This document shows, in pieces, positions 17,525 through 25,562 of a DNA stretch of 41,445 bases (position 1 is the stretch's first letter; the number at the start of each line of letters is the position of its first letter). Source of the stretch: a virus (taxonomy: Duplodnaviria; Caudoviricetes); IMG/VR virus record IMGVR_UViG_3300045557_000070, positions 1 through 41,445 of that record; one strand, given 5' to 3'. Position numbers and translations under genes: made by a program. The notes beneath the pieces are model-generated. The model made no database searches. It saw only the letters and a list, made by a program, of their open reading frames with translations, and had not been told where the DNA came from.

Positions 17525-18187
17525 TTATACATTCCCCATCATCAGCGCTTCGACCTGTTCTGCCAGATCTACATCTTCCTGTGATGGTGCTTTTTTAGGC
17601 GGCTTACCACCTTTTAATTTCTCTTCTACTGCCATCTGCACTGCCTCCTGAAAGGCTTTCTCAACAGCAGCTATGGAGTTGCTACACGAATCCGCATCGG
17701 CGTAATTTAACACCTTTGCAAGGCTTACGGGCAGTCTCTTTTCCGCAAGAGTATTCTTTGCCTCGGCCATAAGCTCACGCCGGGTAATGATTGCTTCCCG
17801 TTCCTGAAGATCTTTTTCCTGCTTCTGGCGTAAGTACTCGGCCTTTTCCTCTTTGTTCATCTTAGACAGCTTCTCAGCTTCGGAAAGCTTATCATCCATC
17901 AGGGCAGACCACTTATCTTTAGCAGTTCCAAGGGCCTTCTGCACCCTGCGGTCAAATTCCGCTTGGAAGTTCCCTTCTTTCAAAATATCATCAAAGGTTT
18001 TTGTCTTTGGCGTCTCCTGGCCTTCTCCGGTTCCTGAACCGTTAGCGCCTTTTCCACCTTCGCCAGTACCGCCTTTTTCGTCACCATTCCCCGGCTCACT
18101 TATTCCGTCGCCATCACCTTCTCCTGTGCCAGCACCGTCGTAACCGAAGAAATGTAAATTCAAAGGGTTTAAACTCTTATTTCTCAT
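17525..18187 (-). CDS. Capsid scaffolding protein (DUF4355-like)
   Basis: LNLHFF N-terminal motif, Gly/acidic linker, coiled coil, VEEKLKG..P; start MRNKSL after AAAGGA. Confidence 0.85.
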   Translation of the reverse strand: MRNKSLNPLNLHFFGYDGAGTGEGDGDGISEPGNGDEKGGTGEGGKGANGSGTGEGQETPKTKTFDDILKEGNFQAEFDRRVQKALGTAKDKWSALMDDKLSEAEKLSKMNKEEKAEYLRQKQEKDLQEREAIITRRELMAEAKNTLAEKRLPVSLAKVLNYADADSCSNSIAAVEKAFQEAVQMAVEEKLKGGKPPKKAPSQEDVDLAEQVEALMMGNV

Positions 18188-18339
18188 CTCTCTATCCTTT
18201 CTGCCCCGCTCCGTTCTCTGCCCGGACCGTTGCTTAAACATAAAAATAACACCCAGGGGATTCCTGCGTGCTTGATAGCTATATCTTTCAGTAGGAAGCT
18301 TCACCCCGCCGCCCAGAGGGAGATATCCGGATCACCTCC

Positions 18340-18468
18340 TTAATTTACATAACTGCCTTCTTTCTGGTTTTTCTTATCCATATAAGACAATTCCATCTTT
18401 TTTATCACCACTTTGGTGAGATTATATATGACAGCAATAATAAGAGCTGTTAAACAAAGGTGTGTCAT
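18340..18468 (-). CDS. Small membrane peptide (42 aa, absent from ORF track)
   Basis: AGGAGG RBS; MTHLCLTALIIAVIYNLTKVVIKK... Confidence 0.55.
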   Translation of the reverse strand: MTHLCLTALIIAVIYNLTKVVIKKMELSYMDKKNQKEGSYVN

Positions 18469-18497
18469 TGACGGCCTCCTTTCTATCAAGTTAGGAC

Positions 18498-18532
18498 TTA
18501 AAAATACCACTGATAATTACAACCAGTGGCAT
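18498..18532 (-). terminator. Putative terminator after the toxin-immunity pair
   Basis: TGCCACTGG..TCAGTGGTA stem followed by TTTTT. Confidence 0.5.
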
Positions 18533-18778
18533 CTATAATCCTATTACACTTTCAATATCATCCTCAGTCAGGATCTCCCCAGTATCCAAGCCTTTGTATA
18601 GTACATTTAATGCTAAAATGTCAGCATCTTCGTCATTGTCATCACCTATATAGCAATAACAATCTCCAATACACTGAATAGTTCTTCCATCTTTCAATAG
18701 CACAGAGGCATATTTTTTATCACTACCCAGCAAAAAAATGGCATTCAATTTTGGTGGCATATTTGGTATGTATGACAT
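18533..18778 (-). CDS. Candidate immunity protein for the MuF toxin
   Basis: 81 aa acidic ORF starting 3 nt after the toxin stop codon; AT-rich like the toxin domain. Confidence 0.6.
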   Translation of the reverse strand: MSYIPNMPPKLNAIFLLGSDKKYASVLLKDGRTIQCIGDCYCYIGDDNDEDADILALNVLYKGLDTGEILTEDDIESVIGL

Positions 18779-18781
18779 AGT

Positions 18782-20368
18782 TTAGACCTCCTTTACCGGG
18801 TGTAAATGGACTCCCTTAGAAGAATACCGAATTGCAAACCGCTTTGTTTCTTCATACTTTCCTGTACCCGAATTAAAGTATTTTCCTACAAAATGGTCAG
18901 CAGTTACATACTCAATCGGATAATCCTGATTCCTTCTAAACTGTATTAATCCTGTCCCCTTATATTTTTCAACAAGCTTCTCAATTGATTCATTACTATA
19001 AAACATATCAGGAAGAGTTCTCCCTTGCTTCACAGATTCTATTACTCTCTGATTCCACTTTTTTGTTCCCCGAACATGTTCTTGCTGCTTTACTTTTTTT
19101 AGATTTAAATTAACCTCATTACGGTTTAGCCTTTCAACAAATTGTTCTACTTTCTTTTTGTTATAAATTTTCTGTTGTAGAACATTCCACTTCTCATCAT
19201 CAGTATACTTCATCTTTTGGAAAGAATCTAGCGTTTCGGGAGAATCTTCCCCAAGAACTTCCTTATACCTTTCGAGCTGCCGCCTATCCGCGGACCGGTT
19301 CCTAATCATCTTCTCATTCAGTTCTGCTTCTGGCTTGCCCTGAACATTCCTTTTATACCATTGCTCATAGGTCATATCAGCCGGAACCGTGTTTGTTTTG
19401 CCTGTGAACGGATCTCTGGCCCTGCGCTTCATCTGAGCCAGTTCTTCGCTACCAATATCACAAATGGTAGTAGAACGGCACCATGGGTGCATAGGCGGAC
19501 AGTTAAGTCCAGGTTGCTGTTCTGATACTTTAAACCGCTCACCGTCAAGATTCCGGCATATAGAGGAAGTTCTTAAGTCCAGTGTAGCCACAAAACGGTA
19601 ATACTCAATCCCGCATTCCTCATAAGAGGCCATTTCCATCTGGTTTGCAAGATTGCAGCTCTCTGTCCTTACAAGTCTCCTCGCCTGACTGGATCCAGTG
19701 GCGAACTTGTTTGCTATGATATCAGCGGTTTCCCGGTCCGTTCTGCCCGTGATCAGACTGAGAAGTAACTCTTCTTTCAAATCCTGGGCGAGAGCGTTGG
19801 TATTATACCATATCCTTGTAGAATAATTAGCTCCAGACCATTTGCTGTTAATCACCCGGTCAATAACTTTGGGGGGTATCAGGTTGAATCCAAAATCTAA
19901 ACCGATGCGCTGCTGAATATCAAAAATGGACCGATAATATGCTTCATTGGCAAGATCCACGTAATGGCTGGTACTTCTTACCATTTCCTGCTGATAGACG
20001 TTTTGCATGGTCAGGTCAAGCTGGTTCTGAAGCTGCTGCAAGCGTTCCAGCCTTGCCTGATATGCCGGACTTTCCAGTTCGGCCAGGTTCTCAGCTTTTC
20101 TCTTATCACTACTCCCTGATTTTAATGCAGCCTTCAATTCATCAAGGGAGGTCTTATCCTTCATGGAATTTAAAAGCCGGTAAGCGTCTATCTCTGATAG
20201 TTTGTGTTTCTTTTGATACCGCTCGAATATCTCATCCAGTTCAAGGCTTATGTACCGGGAGCCTTTTAAGTACAACTTAGAAATTTCATCAGCTGTCTTT
20301 TCGGCCTGCTCCATGTACTGGAACATTTCCCAGGCTTTGCGTTTCTCCCAGTAGGATAAATTACTCAT
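18782..20368 (-). CDS. Minor capsid protein MuF (SPP1 gp7-like) with C-terminal polymorphic toxin (Ntox50-like)
   Basis: RLVRTE, LDLRTS.IC..LDG, PPMHPWCRST; C-terminal KQ.EH..G...GTG...E.V.....VG...T....I.YS..GVH..P. Confidence 0.88.
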   Translation of the reverse strand: MSNLSYWEKRKAWEMFQYMEQAEKTADEISKLYLKGSRYISLELDEIFERYQKKHKLSEIDAYRLLNSMKDKTSLDELKAALKSGSSDKRKAENLAELESPAYQARLERLQQLQNQLDLTMQNVYQQEMVRSTSHYVDLANEAYYRSIFDIQQRIGLDFGFNLIPPKVIDRVINSKWSGANYSTRIWYNTNALAQDLKEELLLSLITGRTDRETADIIANKFATGSSQARRLVRTESCNLANQMEMASYEECGIEYYRFVATLDLRTSSICRNLDGERFKVSEQQPGLNCPPMHPWCRSTTICDIGSEELAQMKRRARDPFTGKTNTVPADMTYEQWYKRNVQGKPEAELNEKMIRNRSADRRQLERYKEVLGEDSPETLDSFQKMKYTDDEKWNVLQQKIYNKKKVEQFVERLNRNEVNLNLKKVKQQEHVRGTKKWNQRVIESVKQGRTLPDMFYSNESIEKLVEKYKGTGLIQFRRNQDYPIEYVTADHFVGKYFNSGTGKYEETKRFAIRYSSKGVHLHPVKEV

Positions 20369-21776
20369 CTACATCGCCGGCCTTTTTCTTCTTGGTCGTA
20401 TCTCCCTCCTCTTCAGGCGGCGTATTGCTTCCCAAGCCAAAGATCTCCTTCTGCTGTTTCACTGCCTCCTCTGCCTCCTTCTCCACTGCCTTCAGCTCAT
20501 CTTCCAAATTATCAATGAATGGAACCTGTGAGAGGAGAGTTTTCTTGCTTACCTTTCCCCATAGATTTGAAACGATCTGGCTGATTTCCAAGAGGTTTCT
20601 AGGTAGTGCCCGTGTAAAAGTCGGCGTAACTCCAGAAATGTCTACATTCACGGCTTTGCTTTTCTGCAACCAGCTGGCAAACAGGCGAAGACGCTTGCGA
20701 AGGCCTTTTTTATAATACCGGGTCTTGATCTTTGTGATATTCTCCATTCCAAGGAGCTTAAACTCCATAGCCACACCAGAAATATTTCCTCCAAAGTTTT
20801 CATCTGTCATACATGGGATGTGGGAGAACTTATGAATATCCTGCTCAATAGCCTTTTTAAGGATCTCTACCCCTGATTCGTCAAAGGTACGGGTCAGGTA
20901 TTCTGCCTTGGCATCTGAAGGAAGCTCCAGAACCTTATCTTCTTTAATCTTTTCCTTGCCTGTCTTGCCGTCCTCGTCCTTTGCATCAGGATCCCCAAGC
21001 ATAGCCCCATAAATGGCAAGAATGGCATCAATAAACTGTTCTTTATCCGTGATACGATCTGACATCAGAGCATTGTAAGCATCAATCAATGGGATCTGAA
21101 GCTCATAATCTCCGATTGCCAGCTTATTGTTTAAGTACTCCACCACTGGTATTTCCTCAAAGAAATGAGGTTCCGGATCTTCAATAAGCCCCTGAGGGCC
21201 GGTGTTGTCCTCAATATTCAAGACATATTTATAATGATCGGTCAGGACTGTGGCAACGTATATAGTTCTCTTTTTGTCGGAGTCGTCCTTCCTTGCATAA
21301 TAATAGACCGCGAAAAGCTCTTTCTGCTCAATGGTGTCATCATAGACCATGAAAGTGTTTTCTGGTGACAGACTCTTTATAGTAAGATCCGTCTCCCCTT
21401 CCTCGGGGTAAATATATTCATAGGTTCTTCCGTATACAGAGAGATCCAGGCCATTGTCTCCATCGGCTTCATCGGCCCCAGCCTGTTCAAATGCATCAGT
21501 TATAGCCGTAATATCTGCTTTGCTTTTATAGGATACCGTGTTTCCGATAAAATAAGAGCTGGCTGTATCTGCAATATCCTTTGCATGATTACATACCAGC
21601 TTTGTTTTACGGCTTTCTGTTAAGATTTTGTGCTGCCCTTCATAGTATTTCATGAGCTTTCTAAGCCTGGAAGCTTCCTTACGATGTTTTACAATCAACG
21701 TGCGGATCGCCTGTTTATCCGGATTCAGTTCGTCCCATGATTCTCGTGGCATTGTGTAGATGTACATAGTTATCAC
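20361..21776 (-). CDS. Portal protein (SPP1 gp6-like)
   Basis: YYEGQH.I, LIDAYN..MSD, FGGN.SGVAM.FKL motifs. Confidence 0.95.
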   Translation of the reverse strand: MITMYIYTMPRESWDELNPDKQAIRTLIVKHRKEASRLRKLMKYYEGQHKILTESRKTKLVCNHAKDIADTASSYFIGNTVSYKSKADITAITDAFEQAGADEADGDNGLDLSVYGRTYEYIYPEEGETDLTIKSLSPENTFMVYDDTIEQKELFAVYYYARKDDSDKKRTIYVATVLTDHYKYVLNIEDNTGPQGLIEDPEPHFFEEIPVVEYLNNKLAIGDYELQIPLIDAYNALMSDRITDKEQFIDAILAIYGAMLGDPDAKDEDGKTGKEKIKEDKVLELPSDAKAEYLTRTFDESGVEILKKAIEQDIHKFSHIPCMTDENFGGNISGVAMEFKLLGMENITKIKTRYYKKGLRKRLRLFASWLQKSKAVNVDISGVTPTFTRALPRNLLEISQIVSNLWGKVSKKTLLSQVPFIDNLEDELKAVEKEAEEAVKQQKEIFGLGSNTPPEEEGDTTKKKKAGDVDE

Positions 21777-21783
21777 CTTCTTT

Positions 21784-23151
21784 CTATTGGAATCCGTAAG
21801 CAGATTTACTACGAATTTTAATTGTCTTTTTATTGAGTATTGTATAGCAGAAGTATCTTACCGCGTCCATTGCATGGTCATGTTGCTTTATCGGTTTATC
21901 CTCTCCACGATCCCCTGCCTTGGGATCCCAGATGTAAGAAGCAAACTCTTTTATGGTATTGATACAGGATTGACTGAAAGCTATCTTTTCTGTTTTTAGG
22001 AGCGTAGAAACAAGCCGGATCCCGTCTTCCACATCGTTGTCCGCTTTCATGGTTTTATATCCACGGTTGTTTAACTCAGTAATGAATGAAGCAGCCGAAG
22101 GATCCACGATGATTGCTTTAACTGGCGTTCCTTCCAGCCATTTTTCCAAATCATCAGCATATTGGGAATCCGCTTTCTGCTTTCCCTTATCCCTACCAGA
22201 GTAATAATATTCCCTGGTGCAGTACCATTTCATATCTATGCCTTTATTCCAGAGGAGAAATACCATAGCGTTCTGAGTACCATAGTCAATGCTCACATAT
22301 CGACCGCCATCAATCAGCAACCGGGCGAAATCAATCACCTTCTTGACATGCCGGTCCACATCGAACATATCATAGATGATCCCTTCTGCCATGGCCCATA
22401 AGCCCAGAATGTAGCGCTTATAGAAAACCCCGGTGTACATGCTCCGGTATCTGGCCTTGATCTTCTCAGACAGGCTTAAGTTATCTTCCATGGTAAAATG
22501 AAGGACAATCAGATTCTTTTTCTTCGCTTCATCAATCCAGTTTGTTTTAAACCAGTGATACGGTCCGTCCGGGTTACAGTTAAACCAATACTTAGACCCA
22601 GTAACGGAGCATCTGCCTGTGGCCTGATTGACGAAGCTTTCAGGCATGAGAGCCACTTCATCGAAGAACACTCCAGCCAGTGTGATACCTTGTACTAAGT
22701 CCTGACTGCCTTCATCTTTACCTCCAAAGATATAGAAATAGTTTGTAACACCATTCTTTGATATCTCAATCAGGTTATCAGACCTTCGATCCTTTACCTT
22801 GTATCCGCGACTTTTGAGCATCAGCTTTAACCAGAATAATACATTACGCCGGAAAGATCCGACTGTCTTACCACACATGCCAAAGTTTTGTCCGTTGAAC
22901 CGGTGCATGGCCCACATAACAAAGGATAAAGACATAGAAACCGTCTTGCCTGATCGTATGGCCCCATCTGCAATAATGCCCTCTTTATCTTTTACCGAAG
23001 AGCCATCACACCACCACGTAAGGACTTTTTTCTGTTTATCGGAAAAAGGTTGAAATTCGAATATTTGAAGCTTAGAAGCAATACCTCGCCCCTGCTTCAT
23101 TCTACTAATTCTATATTTTAAGGATTTAAGCCGACCTTTTATATCAATCAT
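21784..23151 (-). CDS. terL: Terminase large subunit (PBSX family)
   Basis: Walker A GAIRSGKT, Walker B FFDE, NCNP, nuclease DYG, DPSA and DHAMDA.RY. Confidence 0.95.
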   Translation of the reverse strand: MIDIKGRLKSLKYRISRMKQGRGIASKLQIFEFQPFSDKQKKVLTWWCDGSSVKDKEGIIADGAIRSGKTVSMSLSFVMWAMHRFNGQNFGMCGKTVGSFRRNVLFWLKLMLKSRGYKVKDRRSDNLIEISKNGVTNYFYIFGGKDEGSQDLVQGITLAGVFFDEVALMPESFVNQATGRCSVTGSKYWFNCNPDGPYHWFKTNWIDEAKKKNLIVLHFTMEDNLSLSEKIKARYRSMYTGVFYKRYILGLWAMAEGIIYDMFDVDRHVKKVIDFARLLIDGGRYVSIDYGTQNAMVFLLWNKGIDMKWYCTREYYYSGRDKGKQKADSQYADDLEKWLEGTPVKAIIVDPSAASFITELNNRGYKTMKADNDVEDGIRLVSTLLKTEKIAFSQSCINTIKEFASYIWDPKAGDRGEDKPIKQHDHAMDAVRYFCYTILNKKTIKIRSKSAYGFQ

Positions 23152-23908
23152 CTACATCACCCCATACATCAGTAGCTATGGCATTCATGGCATCAATAAA
23201 GCCATCTTCCTCTATCTCTTGATCTGGATTGTCCTGCTTCATGATCTCCAGTTCCACCTTAATGATTTCCAGTTCCTGACGAGCATCATCAAAGCCGTAC
23301 CTGTGAAGGGAATCAATGGCCTTCTGTTTCCGGGCCTGGACACGGGTGAGAGCGTCTTCTATGGCTTGGATCTGACTAAAGATCCCGATGTATTCCACTG
23401 AGTCCTCTTCTGTGCTGGACTTAAATTTGACAGCAGTCATGCCCACGGCCTTATCTTCTTTTTGATTGGCAGCCGTGTCCTTCAGATCCTCAATCCGTTT
23501 CAGCATTCGCCGCTCCCGGACCGTAAGAAGCTGGATTTCTTGAAGGAGAAGTTGTTCCTTGTCTAACTGAACCATGCTTATAAGCTGCCTCTCGTCCTCT
23601 TCCAAGACATCAAAAAAGAGAGCCTCAAACTCTCCTGTTTTTACAGCATTCTTATTTCCCACCGGCGCTCCATGACCTGCAGCATTTTGGTTCCCCGGCT
23701 GACCACCTCTTTGTTTGCATACCTCTTTACTTTTTGTTTGCACACCTTTTTCATTATCCTTGGACCATTTATACCTGGTTTTCCAGGACTTCACGGTGTT
23801 AATGGTGACACCATACTTTTCGGCAATCTCCTTGTACTTCATGCCTGCTTGATAGTCAATCAAAGCAAGCTCATTATTCGATGCTCTGACTTCACCCATC
23901 ATCACCAC
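23144..23908 (-). CDS. terS: Terminase small subunit
   Basis: N-terminal HTH (YKEIAEKYGV.INTVKSWK.RY.W), GGQPGNQNA and GAP.GNKNA.K.G. Confidence 0.9.
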   Translation of the reverse strand: MVMMGEVRASNNELALIDYQAGMKYKEIAEKYGVTINTVKSWKTRYKWSKDNEKGVQTKSKEVCKQRGGQPGNQNAAGHGAPVGNKNAVKTGEFEALFFDVLEEDERQLISMVQLDKEQLLLQEIQLLTVRERRMLKRIEDLKDTAANQKEDKAVGMTAVKFKSSTEEDSVEYIGIFSQIQAIEDALTRVQARKQKAIDSLHRYGFDDARQELEIIKVELEIMKQDNPDQEIEEDGFIDAMNAIATDVWGDVDD

Positions 23909-23927
23909 CTCTCAATCATTTTTGTAA

Positions 23928-23960
23928 AGAAAAAGCACCTGCCACGACTGACGGATGCTT
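23928..23960 (-). terminator. Putative terminator upstream of terS
   Basis: AAGCATCCGTCA..TGGCAGGTGCTT stem followed by a T run. Confidence 0.5.
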
Positions 23961-23990
23961 GAAATTCCTGATAAAATCTATATGTTTCGC

Positions 23991-24019
23991 TTGACTTCCA
24001 CGTTATGACGTGGTATAAT
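23991..24019 (+). promoter_or_regulatory. Strong sigma-A promoter with palindromic operator in the spacer
   Basis: TTGACT-17 bp-TATAAT with TGn; CCACGT-TATG-ACGTGG at 23998-24013. Confidence 0.8.
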
Positions 24020-24050
24020 TAAATTACATTAAAGGAAAGGAGTTGAAAAA

Positions 24051-24146
24051 GTGTTAGATGATATAATAAAAGTACTTACCATCATCTGGTTAGCAGTTCA
24101 AATCGCCAGCAAGCTCACTGAACCTGACAACAAAGATAAACGGTAA
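24051..24146 (+). CDS. 31 aa hydrophobic peptide, type I toxin-like (absent from ORF track)
   Basis: AAAGGAG RBS, GTG start; MLDDIIKVLTIIWLAVQIASKLTEPDNKDKR, one TM helix plus charged tail. Confidence 0.7.
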   Translation: MLDDIIKVLTIIWLAVQIASKLTEPDNKDKR

Positions 24147-24190
24147 GTACATAGGGGAACGAAAGTTCCCCGCCTCCTAGAGGTATTTGT

Positions 24191-24218
24191 ATTATATCAC
24201 AACACCCGCATATATGAA
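24191..24218 (-). promoter_or_regulatory. Candidate antisense promoter facing the peptide gene
   Basis: Extended -10 TGATATAAT (24199-24191) with TTCATA 16 bp upstream of the -10 hexamer. Confidence 0.55.
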
Positions 24219-24372
24219 AGACTGTAAAAACAATCTTACCACACTACTAATTGTATTTATCGTACTAAAGCTTGTTGATTTTGACAACCTTGGCGTACTC
24301 GACATCATCATATTTATCCTATTAGGCGTTGATGCTGTGGTTACCATACTTGTTTGGAGGAAACGAAAATGA
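24214..24372 (+). CDS. Small two-TM membrane protein
   Basis: MKDCKNNLTTLLIVFIVLK...ILVWRKRK; no clear RBS; stop overlaps the HTH start (ATGA). Confidence 0.6.
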   Translation: MKDCKNNLTTLLIVFIVLKLVDFDNLGVLDIIIFILLGVDAVVTILVWRKRK

Positions 24373-24560
24373 GATTAAAACAAATACGCAATAACAACAA
24401 CCTAAGTATCCGGGCCTTATCCGAACTGTCTGGAGTTCCACAGCGCACCATAGAAGATATTGAACGTTTTGACCGGTGCAAGGTAGATACTGCCATTAAA
24501 CTTGCTGACGCCCTGGGTGTTACCCTTGACGAACTATGCAGAGATGAGGCAGCTAATTAG
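24369..24560 (+). CDS. XRE-family HTH regulator
   Basis: LKQIR....LSIRALSELSGVP.RTI..IE...KLADALGVTLDEL; GGAGG RBS before MRLKQ. Confidence 0.9.
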   Translation: MRLKQIRNNNNLSIRALSELSGVPQRTIEDIERFDRCKVDTAIKLADALGVTLDELCRDEAAN

Positions 24561-24572
24561 GCTGCCTTTTCT
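24547..24572 (+). terminator. Intrinsic terminator
   Basis: AGGCAGC-TAATTAG-GCTGCCT followed by TTT. Confidence 0.7.
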
Positions 24573-24665
24573 CATTCGTTTGTTTTGAGATAATAAAAAG
24601 AGACGGGATTGACCGCCTCTGTGGAATATTTCTTTAAATCTTCTATAAAACAATTATTATTTAAA

Positions 24666-24697
24666 TAAAAGAGGCACTGTTAATGCCTCTTTAAAAG
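24666..24697 (-). terminator. Terminator after the methyltransferase (possibly bidirectional)
   Basis: AAAGAGGCA..TGCCTCTTT inverted repeat with T tracts. Confidence 0.7.
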
Positions 24698-24698
24698 T

Positions 24699-25544
24699 TT
24701 ATATGTATTCGTTAACCTTAGGTTTATATATTAAATCATTTTTAAATATAGCTATTTCTTTTCCGTTTTTGTTGCCTGCTGCAGAATAATGTAACTCAAA
24801 TTCATCTTTTTGATAATCTTTATAAATTTCCTTTATTAGATCATTATTATCATAGGTTACAAACCATTTATTCTTCAATCTAAAGATATTTTTTGCTAAT
24901 TTAACATGATCTTTATCAGTAAAGTGATTTTTATATAACTCCTTTCCCTTTTTAACATATGGCGGATCTAGATAAAATAGTAAATTATCATATCTTTTAT
25001 CTATATAATTTATAAATTGAGTAGCATCAACATGGTGTAGCTTTATCCGTTTTTTATTCTGGGCTATCCATTCTATAATCTCTATAAGATGCTCTTTATT
25101 AAATCTACAGTCCATAAGATATTCTCCATTTTGTTCTTTACCACCTATTGGACCCGCCATCAACATTCCTGATCTATTACAACGATTTAAATAAAAGGTA
25201 GAAAATCCAATTTCTAAACTGCTCTTTTCTTGTTGATTTAAATATATGCTTTTCTGCCTACCCCACTCATCTATTGAAAATGTAGCTCTATTAATCAAAT
25301 CTATAAAATCTTCAGTTTGATATAAAATAGAATACCAAAAGCAATATATGGCGTTATCATTGTCGTTAATTATAATTTTACTCACGACATCTTTTTGAAG
25401 TAATTTTAAAGCTAATCCACACCCCCCTGCGAAAGGTTCTGCATAAACTGGGGGAGTATTAAAATTTTTTTCAATTAATTTTTTCATATACGGAAATAAT
25501 TTTGCTTTTCCCCCTGGATATCTAAGTGGAGTAGATGAATGCAT
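24699..25544 (-). CDS. Dam-family (D12 class) N6-adenine DNA methyltransferase
   Basis: PLRYPGGK, EPFAGG (SAM binding), IIIND and YLDPPY catalytic motif. Confidence 0.93.
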   Translation of the reverse strand: MHSSTPLRYPGGKAKLFPYMKKLIEKNFNTPPVYAEPFAGGCGLALKLLQKDVVSKIIINDNDNAIYCFWYSILYQTEDFIDLINRATFSIDEWGRQKSIYLNQQEKSSLEIGFSTFYLNRCNRSGMLMAGPIGGKEQNGEYLMDCRFNKEHLIEIIEWIAQNKKRIKLHHVDATQFINYIDKRYDNLLFYLDPPYVKKGKELYKNHFTDKDHVKLAKNIFRLKNKWFVTYDNNDLIKEIYKDYQKDEFELHYSAAGNKNGKEIAIFKNDLIYKPKVNEYI

Positions 25545-25562
25545 ATTAAAACTCCTTTAATT

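Noticed and set aside
18188-18304. Long N-terminal extension of the scaffold ORF from GTG 18304
   Set aside because: No suitably spaced SD; the LNLHFF motif and an RBS support the start at 18187
18329-18342. GGATCACCTCCTTA as a 16S rRNA fragment
   Set aside because: Only 14 nt match and the flanks are not rRNA; better read as an extended SD on the minus strand
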